Part shown: in pieces, positions 48,502 to 58,455 of the stretch | How the letters are laid out: each line of letters opens with the position of its first letter | Numbering within the stretch: position 1 is the stretch's first letter | Assembly (NCBI GenBank): GCA_934129945.1 | Contig: CAKOXC010000001.1 | Coordinates: 236,152-300,151, forward strand | DNA from: an uncultured Bacilli bacterium | Lineage (GTDB): Bacteria; Bacillota_I; Bacilli_A; RF39; UBA660 | Reading direction: 5' to 3' | Length of the DNA stretch: 64,000 bases | Made by a program: the position numbers and the translations under genes | Notes under the pieces: model-generated | What the model was told of the DNA's origin: nothing | Seen by the model: the letters and a program-made list of their open reading frames with translations, nothing else | The model's database searches: none

Positions 48502-48545
48502 AGAGAGCAAACTGACTTGTTAATAGTCTTTGCTCTCTTTTTGTT
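48502..48545 (+). terminator. hairpin terminator (AGAGAGCAAA...TTTGCTCTCT) with the gcaaactgacttg motif in its loop
   Basis: 10-bp perfect stem, T-run. Confidence 0.6.
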
Positions 48546-48559
48546 TGGAGGAAGAAATT

Positions 48560-49024
48560 ATGAGAAAAAGAAGAACTGACTTTTTAAACGATTATGTTGC
48601 TAATCAGTATCCCATTGAAAAATTTAAAGAATTAATTTTTATAACACTTGATATTGTAGAAAATTTTTTACTTACATTAGAGTGTGGGTATAATTATAAT
48701 TCATCGTCAATTGCATCTTATGGGGAAAAATATGGTTCTTCTCAAAGAAATACTAATTCTAAAATTGAGAGCATTATAATTAAAAATATGAAAGATGAAG
48801 AAAAAATGAGTAATTTTTTAAACTGCTATTTCTCTGCTTACTCTACTTTAAATAAAGATGAAAAAGATATTTTTGATGCAACATTTGTTGATAGATTAAC
48901 GGATCAAGAAATAATTGGAAAATATAAAACATATTCAAAACATATTACACAAGTTAGGAAAAGTGCAATTATTAAATTTTGTTTAAAAAGTGGTTTAGAT
49001 AAATTTGTTGATTTAATTAAATAA
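48560..49024 (+). CDS. ArpU-family / sigma-70 region-4-like transcriptional regulator
   Basis: C-terminal LTDQEIIGKYKTYSKHITQVRKSAIIKF resembles region 4 HTH; ATG 48560 after ggaggaag (track 48530 start lies inside the terminator). Confidence 0.55.
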   Translation: MRKRRTDFLNDYVANQYPIEKFKELIFITLDIVENFLLTLECGYNYNSSSIASYGEKYGSSQRNTNSKIESIIIKNMKDEEKMSNFLNCYFSAYSTLNKDEKDIFDATFVDRLTDQEIIGKYKTYSKHITQVRKSAIIKFCLKSGLDKFVDLIK

Positions 49025-49159
49025 ATAATAACGAGTTTATAGGGATCTCGTTATAAAAAAACTAAATTTATAAGATAAGGAGGTGAAAATTTAGAAACTT
49101 GTAATCCATACTACTCTACAAGATTAGGTAAATTATATAAGGGTGATTGTTTAAAAGTT

Positions 49160-49903
49160 ATGGATTATCTTATTGAACAAGGAATTAAAGTTGATGCAAT
49201 TATAACGGATCCGCCATATGCTGTAACATCATATTCATGGGATCAAATTATTCCATTTGATCAAATGTGGGATAAGCTTTCCAAATTGATTAAAGATGAT
49301 GGTGCTATTGTCCTTTTTGGCAATGAGCCATTTAGTAGTAGTTTGAGGATGAGTAATCCTAAATTCTATCGTTATGATTGGAAATGGATAAAAACACAAG
49401 TAACAGGATTTCAAAATGCTAAATATCAACCATTAAGATGTTATGAAGATATTATGATATTTTCGAAATGTGGTGCTGTTGCATCTGCTAAACCACCAAT
49501 GAGATATTTTCCACAAGGTATTATTCCAGTTAATCTTAAAGTCACAACAAAACCTATAAATTATTTAGGTGATAAAAAAAGTGATGAAAAAGTTAGTTAT
49601 ACCCAAGAGGAAGCTAATTTTCCAAGAAATGTTATTCAATTTGCAAGAGAAACTGATTTATATCATCCCACACAAAAGCCAATTGTTTTGATGGAATATA
49701 TTGTATCTACCTATTCTAAACGAGGTGACCTAGTTTTGGATTTCACAAGTGGAAGTGGGTCTACCCTTTTAGCATGTGAAGTTCTAAATCGAAGATGGAT
49801 CGGAATTGAACTTACTGACAAATATTGTGAAGTTATAAAAAAAAGAATTCAAAAAGGAATTCAACTAAAATTACAATTTGAATACGATAATGAGAACACA
49901 TAA
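49160..49903 (+). CDS. DNA methyltransferase (N6-adenine/N4-cytosine, beta class); true N-terminus probably upstream
   Basis: DPPY catalytic motif then FxGxG (DFTSGSGST) at C-terminus; in-frame upstream codons 49079-49159 encode the family-typical KLYKGDCLKVM motif but contain no canonical start. Confidence 0.8.
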   Translation: MDYLIEQGIKVDAIITDPPYAVTSYSWDQIIPFDQMWDKLSKLIKDDGAIVLFGNEPFSSSLRMSNPKFYRYDWKWIKTQVTGFQNAKYQPLRCYEDIMIFSKCGAVASAKPPMRYFPQGIIPVNLKVTTKPINYLGDKKSDEKVSYTQEEANFPRNVIQFARETDLYHPTQKPIVLMEYIVSTYSKRGDLVLDFTSGSGSTLLACEVLNRRWIGIELTDKYCEVIKKRIQKGIQLKLQFEYDNENT

Positions 49904-50026
49904 TGGGAGGGATTTTTTTATAAACAAATTATTGTATAAAAAAAGTCGAAAAAACAAAGCACTCATTTTATTCGACTACTCATATTATAACAAAAATGCA
50001 AAACTATTGCTAGGAGCTATATACTA

Positions 50027-50266
50027 ATGGAAAGCATATTACAGGATGTTTTAAAATTAATAAATGACGCTATGGGATATTTAAGGTTGTTCGTGATTGG
50101 TGGAACAGCTTTTTTTGTCGCCAAAGACTACGCTCTTAAAATGGCATCAAGTGATGATAATCAAAAAGCAAGTTATGATCGAAAAATAAAAACTACAATA
50201 ATTGCAGGTGTATCTGCACTTGTCACAACTCAATTCGTATCATGGATTTTAGGATATTTTAAATAA
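50027..50266 (+). CDS. small two-TM membrane protein (79 aa)
   Basis: Hairpin of two hydrophobic helices; T4SS-associated small proteins are often of this type. Confidence 0.45.
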   Translation: MESILQDVLKLINDAMGYLRLFVIGGTAFFVAKDYALKMASSDDNQKASYDRKIKTTIIAGVSALVTTQFVSWILGYFK

Positions 50267-50682
50267 TGAATCAAAAAGATTTTAAAAAAACAATAAATGA
50301 AATTTTAACAGAGGGTAAAATTGAAGGTAAAGATATTAAAAATATTGATACATTAAAGTATTTACTTGATGATAGAAAAATTAACAAAAGTTTATATGAT
50401 GGTTTCACTAAAAATTATGAGATGGAATATGGTTCAAATCGTGATTATATTTTAATGAAAATACAGGATATGCTTTATAGATTACATTTATTAGTTAATT
50501 ATAATTTTGTTGAAAGATATGGAATAATTGATAAGAACAATATTAGAAATGCAATTAGTATTTTAATTGATAATGATGATATTGATTTTTATGATGCTGT
50601 ATCTTTTGATGATTCAGATTTTGAAATTGTTGACTTACAAGATTTTGATGTAAGAAACGTGCTATGTATAAAAAATATATGA
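50266..50682 (+). CDS. hypothetical protein (138 aa)
   Basis: ATGA overlap with upstream gene. Confidence 0.4.
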   Translation: MNQKDFKKTINEILTEGKIEGKDIKNIDTLKYLLDDRKINKSLYDGFTKNYEMEYGSNRDYILMKIQDMLYRLHLLVNYNFVERYGIIDKNNIRNAISILIDNDDIDFYDAVSFDDSDFEIVDLQDFDVRNVLCIKNI

Positions 50683-50957
50683 AAAAGAAAACTTGGCATT
50701 CATTCGTAAAAAGTCATAATTTAGTTAATCGAATTTATGATATGCTAGATTACTTCCACTGCTTTGATGAAGTAAAAAATGTGGAGTTAGCAAAAAATCA
50801 AATAAAAAATAAGATTCGAAGTATTTATTATGTTGAAACTCTAGCAAAATACTTTGATGATAAAAAAAATAAACATATAAAAAACATAGAGTTAAGATGT
50901 AATCTAATTGATTTAATAAATGATTTAGATTATTTAAAACAATATCTTTATAAATAA
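50664..50957 (+). CDS. hypothetical protein (97 aa)
   Basis: Overlapping ORF in operon. Confidence 0.35.
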   Translation: MYKKYMKKKTWHSFVKSHNLVNRIYDMLDYFHCFDEVKNVELAKNQIKNKIRSIYYVETLAKYFDDKKNKHIKNIELRCNLIDLINDLDYLKQYLYK

Positions 50958-51036
50958 AAATTTGACATATATTAAAATAAGAGTTAATATCTCCTAAAAA
51001 GAAGGTGATCTTATCAAAAAGAAAATTATTGGATTA

Positions 51037-51630
51037 TTGATTGGTTTATTAATCATTAGTATTATTTTTATAATAGGTTTATTTTTGTATAATTTCCATA
51101 ATAAATATGATTCAAAAAATAAAAATAATCCATCTGTTGTAGAAAAAAAGAATTCTGAGAATAAAAAAGCTGTTAAAGATGAAGTAAAAATCAAAGATGA
51201 AAATGTTGATAAAAAAGATGATGTGAATAATGACGATACTACTTCAAAAAACAATGAATCAAAAGAGACCAAAACTAATAATTCAAACAAATCAAATATT
51301 CAGTCAAACGAAAACAAAAATAACCAGAAAACAACAACTTCCGAAATAACTCAACCACCTGTTCAACAAGAAGAACAAAAGGAAGAATCGAATAATAATG
51401 TTAAAGCAAATAATCCGTGGGATATTCTTGGAATCACAGAAGATCAATATTATAATAAACCATTATATAGTTGGGAACGTGTAGATTTTTCAACATATGA
51501 AGAGTGTGCTAATTATGGAGAATCTTATAAACCATATTTAAATGGTGAAGAATTGTATCATTGCTCTACGGTTTCAAGTGCATCAGGCAAAAATCTAGGA
51601 TGGATGTTTCATACTGAGAAACTTAATTAA
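51037..51630 (+). CDS. membrane-anchored K/N/E-rich low-complexity protein with Cys-containing C-terminal domain; start uncertain
   Basis: TTG start in track; frame is open from 50998 after RBS aaggtga. Confidence 0.45.
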   Translation: MIGLLIISIIFIIGLFLYNFHNKYDSKNKNNPSVVEKKNSENKKAVKDEVKIKDENVDKKDDVNNDDTTSKNNESKETKTNNSNKSNIQSNENKNNQKTTTSEITQPPVQQEEQKEESNNNVKANNPWDILGITEDQYYNKPLYSWERVDFSTYEECANYGESYKPYLNGEELYHCSTVSSASGKNLGWMFHTEKLN

Positions 51631-51678
51631 TACTAAAAGACTTTTTAGAAGTCTTTTTTTGATGGGAGGAATGTATAA

Positions 51679-54177
51679 ATGAATAAATTAAGTAAAATAT
51701 TATTATTTGTTATAACAATTGTGGGAGCATTTTTAGGGATAAATAAAGTAGATGCTCGTACTTATGAAGGACAAATAAAAGCAGGACCTTATGTTGGAGG
51801 TCCATTTTATGTTATGCATACACGAGGAGAAAGCAAAATGTGGTTTAAAGGACAATTTATTGTTAGAACTAGCGATGGACATTTTGTTTATTGTGTGCAA
51901 CCGATGACGAAAATTAATTCAGATGCAACTTATGAGGTAACCACAGAGGATATACAAGCCGTAGCTAATATACCTTTAGATACATGGAATAAGATTTCAA
52001 AAATTGCCTATTATGGATATGGGTATAAAGATGCAACACATGATCATACTGATGATACATATTATTTAGCAGCACAAATGCTAATATGGAAATTAGCAGA
52101 TCCAAATGTTGATAGTTTTTTTACTGATACACTAAAAGGAAATAGAAATGATAGTATTTTAGCAGGACAAATGAATTCTATAATGGATTTAGTTAATAAT
52201 CATAATACAACGCCAAATTTTACTAATTTTCCAGATACAATGGTAGTTGGACAAAATATTAATATAAATGATTCAAATGGTGTATTAAATAATTATCAAA
52301 TATCTAATGTAGATAATGGTAGTGCAACGATTAATGGTAATAACCTATCTTTAACAGCAACTAATGTTGGACAATTAACAATTACACTTACAAAATCAGG
52401 TAATAGATATGGAAGCCCAATAGAACTTTATTATGCTACTAGTTCACAAAATGTAATTAAAAGAGGAGACATTGATCCTATTAGAATTGTAAAAAAAGTA
52501 ACTGTATTTGGTGGAGATGTAAAAATTCACAAAACAGACTCTGAAACTAAAAATAATAAAGCTCAAGGTGAAGCTACATTAAAAGGAGCAATATATGGTA
52601 TTTATAAAGAAGATGGTACAAAAGTAGGAACTATTACAACAAATGATGATGGTACTACTAAAAGTGATTATCTACCATCATTGGGAAGATATTATTTATT
52701 AGAAGAAAAAGCTTCAAATGGGTATAAATTAGATCCAAATAAATATTACTTTGATGTAACTCTTGATCAATTACATCCTGAAGTTCAAGTTTTTGAAGAT
52801 GTAATAAAAAGAACATTTCAATTTATAAAAGTATATGCAGATAATAAGACAGGGATTATGACTCCTGAAATTGGTGTAAAATTTGGAATATACAACAATA
52901 AAAATGAATTAGTTAAAACATTAATAACTGATGCACAAGGCAGTTTTGATATAACATTACCTTATGGTAAATATGTTGTAAAACAATTGACTTCAACTAA
53001 GGGTTATGAAAAAGCAAAAGATTTTACCATTGAAGTAAAAGAAGATGGTGGAATTGTAAAAAAAGTAATTGCAAATGCAGAAATAACTGCAAGACTTAAA
53101 GTTATAAAAATAGATAAAGATACTGGTGATGTTATAAAAAGATCAGGTATTAAATTCAAAATTATTAATGCAAAAACTAAAAAATATGTTAAACAAACAA
53201 TAACATACCCTAGTGCAAAAACAATTGATGTTTTTGAAACTGATGAAAATGGGATATTAATTACTCCATATCCACTGGAAAGTGGAACTTATTTCTTAGA
53301 AGAAGTAGATCAAAAAATAGATGGATATTTATGGAATAAAAATTCAGTTGAATTTACAATCGATGAAAATTCTAAATTAGTAAATGATGACGAATTTGGA
53401 ATTTTATATGAAGTTAAATTTGAAAACAAAGCAGTTAAAGGTAGCCTAGAACTAACTAAAACTGGAGAAAAAGTAGAATTAACTAATAAAGGTTATGTTT
53501 ATACTGAAATTAATCTTAAGGATGTAAAAATAGGATTATATGCTAATGAGGATATTTATGATTCTTTAGGTAATTTAAAATATAAGAAAGATACTTTAAT
53601 AAAAATCTTAATTACAGATGAAAATGGATATGCTAAAGTTGAAAATTTGTTTTTAGGTAAGTATTATTTACAAGAGATAGAAACAATAAATAATCATATA
53701 TTGGACAAGACTAAATATACTTTTGAATTAAAGTATAAAGATCAGTATACAAAAATTATAAACTATACAACTTTATTAAAAAATCATCTTCCAAAAGGGA
53801 CTCTAGAATTTACTAAATCAGATTTTTCAAATGATAAAACATTACCAAATACTTTGATTGAAATTTATACTGAAAATGATGAATTAGTATATGTTGGTAG
53901 AACTGATTCAAATGGTAAAATTATTATTAATGAACTACCACTTGGTAAATATTACATCATAGAAAAACAAGCACCTGAAGGTTATAAAATAAATCCTGAT
54001 AAGATGTGGTTTGAAATATCAGAAGATGGTAAAATTGTTAAAGCAATAATGAAAGATGAAGTTATAGAAGTTCCTAACACAGGAGTTAATGATTCTCATA
54101 TAATTGATATTATTGGTTTAGTATTTATTACTGGTGGTGTTGGATTTATTATTTATGATAAAAAAAGAAAAAAATAA
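51679..54177 (+). CDS. sortase-anchored surface adhesin/pilin-like protein with Cna-B/SpaA-type isopeptide domains
   Basis: Signal peptide; repeated prealbumin-like modules (G.Y.L.E...P.GY); C-terminal sorting signal VPNTG + hydrophobic stretch + KKRKK. Confidence 0.8.
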   Translation: MNKLSKILLFVITIVGAFLGINKVDARTYEGQIKAGPYVGGPFYVMHTRGESKMWFKGQFIVRTSDGHFVYCVQPMTKINSDATYEVTTEDIQAVANIPLDTWNKISKIAYYGYGYKDATHDHTDDTYYLAAQMLIWKLADPNVDSFFTDTLKGNRNDSILAGQMNSIMDLVNNHNTTPNFTNFPDTMVVGQNININDSNGVLNNYQISNVDNGSATINGNNLSLTATNVGQLTITLTKSGNRYGSPIELYYATSSQNVIKRGDIDPIRIVKKVTVFGGDVKIHKTDSETKNNKAQGEATLKGAIYGIYKEDGTKVGTITTNDDGTTKSDYLPSLGRYYLLEEKASNGYKLDPNKYYFDVTLDQLHPEVQVFEDVIKRTFQFIKVYADNKTGIMTPEIGVKFGIYNNKNELVKTLITDAQGSFDITLPYGKYVVKQLTSTKGYEKAKDFTIEVKEDGGIVKKVIANAEITARLKVIKIDKDTGDVIKRSGIKFKIINAKTKKYVKQTITYPSAKTIDVFETDENGILITPYPLESGTYFLEEVDQKIDGYLWNKNSVEFTIDENSKLVNDDEFGILYEVKFENKAVKGSLELTKTGEKVELTNKGYVYTEINLKDVKIGLYANEDIYDSLGNLKYKKDTLIKILITDENGYAKVENLFLGKYYLQEIETINNHILDKTKYTFELKYKDQYTKIINYTTLLKNHLPKGTLEFTKSDFSNDKTLPNTLIEIYTENDELVYVGRTDSNGKIIINELPLGKYYIIEKQAPEGYKINPDKMWFEISEDGKIVKAIMKDEVIEVPNTGVNDSHIIDIIGLVFITGGVGFIIYDKKRKK

Positions 54178-54799
54178 GAATAAAGATTTCAAGAGTCAAA
54201 TTTTAGTAATTGGCTCTTTTCTTATTTTAATTGGATTATTTATAATTGGATACCACATCTATTCAGATTATAATTTAAAAAGAATTGAAAAAGATAATGT
54301 ACAAGAATTTTTTGAAGAAGAACAAGTTGTTGAAGATATTCCACAGGAAAATAAATTTGTTGAAGTTGAAAACAAAAACATAAGTAAAACTAATTATAAT
54401 TATATTGCAGTATTAGAAATTCCTAAGATAAATATTAAAAGAGGTTTATCACAGGAAAAATATTATAACAATGTTAATCGTAATGTTGAAATATTAAAAG
54501 GATCTGATATGCCTAATATTTCTAAAGGAAACTTCATTCTTGCAGGTCATTCGGGATCAGGCAGAGTTTCATATTTTAAAAATTTAGATAAATTAGTAAT
54601 TGGAGATATTTCATATATATACTATGGTGGAATTAAATATACATATAAAGTGACTAATATTTATGATATAGAAAAAAATGGTACAGCACTTATTACAAGA
54701 GATTTAGACAAAACTACTCTTACTATGATTACTTGTAGGCATAACACTAATAAACAAATTATTGTTATCTCTGAGTTAATTAATCAAGAAAACTATTAA
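54155..54799 (+). CDS. class B-like sortase
   Basis: N-terminal TM; catalytic His in LAGHSG, TLTMITCRH cysteine motif; overlaps the adhesin's 3' end. Confidence 0.8.
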   Translation: MIKKEKNKNKDFKSQILVIGSFLILIGLFIIGYHIYSDYNLKRIEKDNVQEFFEEEQVVEDIPQENKFVEVENKNISKTNYNYIAVLEIPKINIKRGLSQEKYYNNVNRNVEILKGSDMPNISKGNFILAGHSGSGRVSYFKNLDKLVIGDISYIYYGGIKYTYKVTNIYDIEKNGTALITRDLDKTTLTMITCRHNTNKQIIVISELINQENY

Positions 54800-54859
54800 G
54801 GAGGAATTTTAATACAAATATTAGCAGTTAGTCAAGTAGAACAAAAATGGTATTTAGAC

Positions 54860-56164
54860 GTGTTTAGAAATGCACTTTGGAGTATTGCCAAAGGTATTCT
54901 TTGGTTTCTAGATGGATTTTTTGATATAATCAATAAAATTTGGCGTTATAAATTTTTTGATAATGATTATGTAAATAAAATATTTGGTGGTGCATTAATT
55001 GTTGCCTGTTCATGGTTAATTCTTAAAGTAGTTATAGAACTCGTTATGAATTATATCGTAAAAAATGATGGTAGAGGTAGCCCACTTACAATTTATCGTG
55101 GGGTCATATTAGCGATAGTTATGATGTTTTTAATTAATCCTTTATTTCAATTTGGTTATGATTTTTCTACAAAAGCAACTAATGCAGTAATAACCGTATC
55201 AGGTATGGATAAATCCAATGGAGCTGAAGGAACCATATCTAAAGCTTTAATTAGAGCTACATCATATGATGATGAAATGAAACAAACGGATAAAGAATAT
55301 TTGATTAATAATTGGAAAAAAATAAAAATCAATTCTACTGAAGGTGGTTTTGCAGGTATTGGTGATTGTTATAAATATTCACTTAATTTTATTATGTTAA
55401 TAATTCTTTCCGTTGTGACAGTCTTTTTACTCTTCTTTGTTGCAATTCAAATGGCAAAACGAGTGATGGAAATTGCACTGATGAAAATAGTTGGACCTTT
55501 TTGTTGTACCAGTTTAACAAATAATCAATCTAAAGCATTTGAAACATGGACTAAAAGTACAATGGGATATTTTTTAATTACAATTGTTCAATTTATATGT
55601 ATTGGGTTATTGCTTAACATGTTTGGTTCTGCAATAAAGGATAATGGAACTCTTACAGGTATCTTTTTAATTATAGGTGCTTTATTGTTTATAATAAGCA
55701 CACCGACGCTGATTAGTTCATTACTTGGGCAACAATCAGGTATGATGTCAGCATTTGGTGATATTCAATCTCTTATGGCAGTAGGTACTGGTATAAATGC
55801 AGGATTAGGAATTGCTAAGGCAGGAACTATGTCTGCTCTCGGTATGGGTGCAAATGTCATTAGATCTGGTGGTAGTAAAATCGCAGGAGGTATTTCAAAT
55901 ATGTTTAATGGTCGTAGTGGTAATTTAACAAAGGAACAGATGGCTAATGTTAAAGAAAAAATGGCTCAACATAATAATTATGGTGCCAATCAATTAATAA
56001 AAAAATATACAAATGAAAACATGAAAAAGAAACCTAGCACATCATTTAATAATTCAAATCCTTATATGAATCCTTTTAGTATGAAATATAATCCTATTAG
56101 AAATCAGTATATGAGTAATTCAGGTCTTGAGGCAAATAGTAATTTTGATAGGAAGTGGTATTGA
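54860..56164 (+). CDS. VirB6/TrbL/TcpH-like polytopic conjugation channel protein
   Basis: About 7 TM helices then Gly/Ala-rich and Asn-rich C-terminal tail; located in T4SS gene block. Confidence 0.55.
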   Translation: MFRNALWSIAKGILWFLDGFFDIINKIWRYKFFDNDYVNKIFGGALIVACSWLILKVVIELVMNYIVKNDGRGSPLTIYRGVILAIVMMFLINPLFQFGYDFSTKATNAVITVSGMDKSNGAEGTISKALIRATSYDDEMKQTDKEYLINNWKKIKINSTEGGFAGIGDCYKYSLNFIMLIILSVVTVFLLFFVAIQMAKRVMEIALMKIVGPFCCTSLTNNQSKAFETWTKSTMGYFLITIVQFICIGLLLNMFGSAIKDNGTLTGIFLIIGALLFIISTPTLISSLLGQQSGMMSAFGDIQSLMAVGTGINAGLGIAKAGTMSALGMGANVIRSGGSKIAGGISNMFNGRSGNLTKEQMANVKEKMAQHNNYGANQLIKKYTNENMKKKPSTSFNNSNPYMNPFSMKYNPIRNQYMSNSGLEANSNFDRKWY

Positions 56165-56436
56165 TGTATCTAATTCCTAAAAATATAAAAACTAAAAAAG
56201 AAATATTTAAAGGATTTGGAATACTTGAATGTATTGCGATTGCGATTTCATTTGGTATTGGTTATCTTTTTTCTTTCTTTATTACACAATATAAATTAAA
56301 AGTAATCTTTTTTTGTATTCCACCACTATTAATGTTTTTATTATTACTTCCTTTACCAAATGGGAGTACAGCATTATCTATTTTAAAAAAATTTTTAATA
56401 TTTAAAAAAAGACAAAGGTGTTATAAAGTAAAATAA
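56155..56436 (+). CDS. small two-TM membrane protein (VirB3-like position)
   Basis: 93 aa, overlaps upstream stop. Confidence 0.4.
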   Translation: MVLMYLIPKNIKTKKEIFKGFGILECIAIAISFGIGYLFSFFITQYKLKVIFFCIPPLLMFLLLLPLPNGSTALSILKKFLIFKKRQRCYKVK

Positions 56437-56533
56437 ATTATTAATTTCAATTTAATTTAATATAAATTGCATACATTGACATTAATAATTTCATAAGGTA
56501 TAATAAACGTGTATTTTATGAAGGAGTGAAAAA

Positions 56534-57136
56534 ATGAGAAAGAGAATATTAAGTGTAATTTTAGCAGGTATTTTAATTGTTGGATTAACTGGGTGTGGAA
56601 ATCAAAAAACAACTGATAGTAAAACAAATGATAAAACTAAAAATGAAACAGTTCAGAAATCCAAAGGGAATTGTGATGTATTTGAATGCATTAAAAAATT
56701 AAGTTCTGATACTACATATGAAAAAGTTAATGAAATAATTGGCTTTGAAGGTAAATTGGTTGATCAAAGCAAAGAGGGAGCAGTATCAACTTATAAGAAA
56801 TATGAATGGGAATTAACAGATGATACTTCTATAACTGTAAGATTAGATGAATTTAAAGGAAAGGTTACTGCTCAAATTTCATCAGAGTTTCCAAATGAAA
56901 TGATAAAAAATGATAAGGTTGATTTTTCTAAAGTAGATAAATTGAAAGAAAAAATAAATTCTAGTGATGGTTTAACTTATGAAGAGTTTGTAGAAATTGT
57001 AGGTGGTGTTGAAGGTACATTATATAACGTCACTACATTCTCAAATAAATATACTTGGGTTAACTCTGAAGGTAAATCTTTAAATGCAACTTTTAATAGT
57101 AATGGTAAGTGTACAATATTTAATGGAATAGTATAA
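56534..57136 (+). CDS. lipoprotein (paralog of 32441-33016)
   Basis: Lipobox LTGC; shared C-terminal domain. Confidence 0.7.
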   Translation: MRKRILSVILAGILIVGLTGCGNQKTTDSKTNDKTKNETVQKSKGNCDVFECIKKLSSDTTYEKVNEIIGFEGKLVDQSKEGAVSTYKKYEWELTDDTSITVRLDEFKGKVTAQISSEFPNEMIKNDKVDFSKVDKLKEKINSSDGLTYEEFVEIVGGVEGTLYNVTTFSNKYTWVNSEGKSLNATFNSNGKCTIFNGIV

Positions 57137-57312
57137 AAGAAATTTATATAATATGATAATTAACGACTAATATGTCGTTTTTTTGTTGGAGGTAAAATGT
57201 TAGAAAAGATTTTAGGAATAGTATTTTTACTATTCTTTTTTTTATTTGCAGTATGCTCGTGTATAGTATCAGGTGAATGTTCACGAGAAGAAGAAAAATG
57301 GAGGGATAAAAA

Positions 57313-57843
57313 ATGAGTATTTTGCAAGAATATGAGGAAATCAGAAAAGATATGGGAGCAACTCGTTATGATGCAATTGGTGATTATCTTAATGAAGTAA
57401 ATAAAAATCTAGATTCAGAATTATTTTTGTCTGATGTATTATATAAGGAAAAAGAATATAAGAAATTTGAATCTTGGTTTAATAAACAAATAAGTCCTTT
57501 TAAAATAATCAGTTTTAAAGATGAGAATTTTTCAGTTTTATTAGATCAAAGTGATTATTGTTATGACTGGGTTAATGAAATTAAGAGTAATATACCTTAT
57601 GGAGATGGTCATTGCTATAACGATGCCTTTTTTGAGTATTTAGAAAAATCATCAAGTTCACTAAATAATAAGTTAAATTATGATTCAGAAAATGGTATGT
57701 TTTGTGTTTATACCAATGATATAAGAATTGCAGATGAGGTTGCTTATAAGTTATCAAATTTATATAAAGATGAAAATAAAATGATTGAGTTAATTAAAGA
57801 AACTAAAGAAAAATATGGATATATATTTGATGTTCATATATAA
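57313..57843 (+). CDS. hypothetical protein (176 aa)
   Basis: ORF with RBS ggaggg. Confidence 0.4.
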   Translation: MSILQEYEEIRKDMGATRYDAIGDYLNEVNKNLDSELFLSDVLYKEKEYKKFESWFNKQISPFKIISFKDENFSVLLDQSDYCYDWVNEIKSNIPYGDGHCYNDAFFEYLEKSSSSLNNKLNYDSENGMFCVYTNDIRIADEVAYKLSNLYKDENKMIELIKETKEKYGYIFDVHI

Positions 57844-57930
57844 GGAGGATAAATTATAGATAAAAGAAAAAAATTAAAATATAATAATACACTATGGTTT
57901 GTTAATGTTTCGACTTATGAAAGTAAAAGG

Positions 57931-58212
57931 ATGAAATTAACAATCTCAAATAAAAATCAAGAGATTGAAGTGACGGCAGATTTAAGTGATGCTTATTTAG
58001 ATAAAGGTCATGTTTTTTTAGATCCTGATGTAAAAGATAACGGAATTTTAAAAGCCTTGAAAAAATCAAGAATATTAAAACAAATTGATGGAACTCTATG
58101 TTATGATTATAAATTAATTCCTGTTGCTTTACTTAATAATGGTATACTTCGTTCTTATGATTATTCAGGTGTATTAGAGCATTTAGAAACTATTTCTTAT
58201 AAGGAGGATTGA
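57931..58212 (+). CDS. hypothetical protein (93 aa)
   Basis: ORF with RBS aaggatg. Confidence 0.35.
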   Translation: MKLTISNKNQEIEVTADLSDAYLDKGHVFLDPDVKDNGILKALKKSRILKQIDGTLCYDYKLIPVALLNNGILRSYDYSGVLEHLETISYKED

Positions 58213-58227
58213 AATATAAATAATAGA

Positions 58228-58455
58228 TTGAAACTATATAACACTCATTTAACGTTAAGACTAAATAAAAAAGAAAAACAAGTTTTAAAAAGAAATGCTT
58301 ATAAAAATAAAATGACAATGTCTAATTATATCAGATTATTAATTAATATGGATAATAGATTAAATGAGATAAGAAAGAATAATATTAAAAATAATATATA
58401 TTCAGAGGAAATAACAAAAATAATGTTAAATATAGGGAGGGATTTAACTGATTAA
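58228..58455 (+). CDS. small basic protein, possible ribbon-helix-helix
   Basis: LTLRLNKKEKQVLKRNAYKNKMTMSNYIRLLI resembles an RHH strand-helix. Confidence 0.4.
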   Translation: MKLYNTHLTLRLNKKEKQVLKRNAYKNKMTMSNYIRLLINMDNRLNEIRKNNIKNNIYSEEITKIMLNIGRDLTD

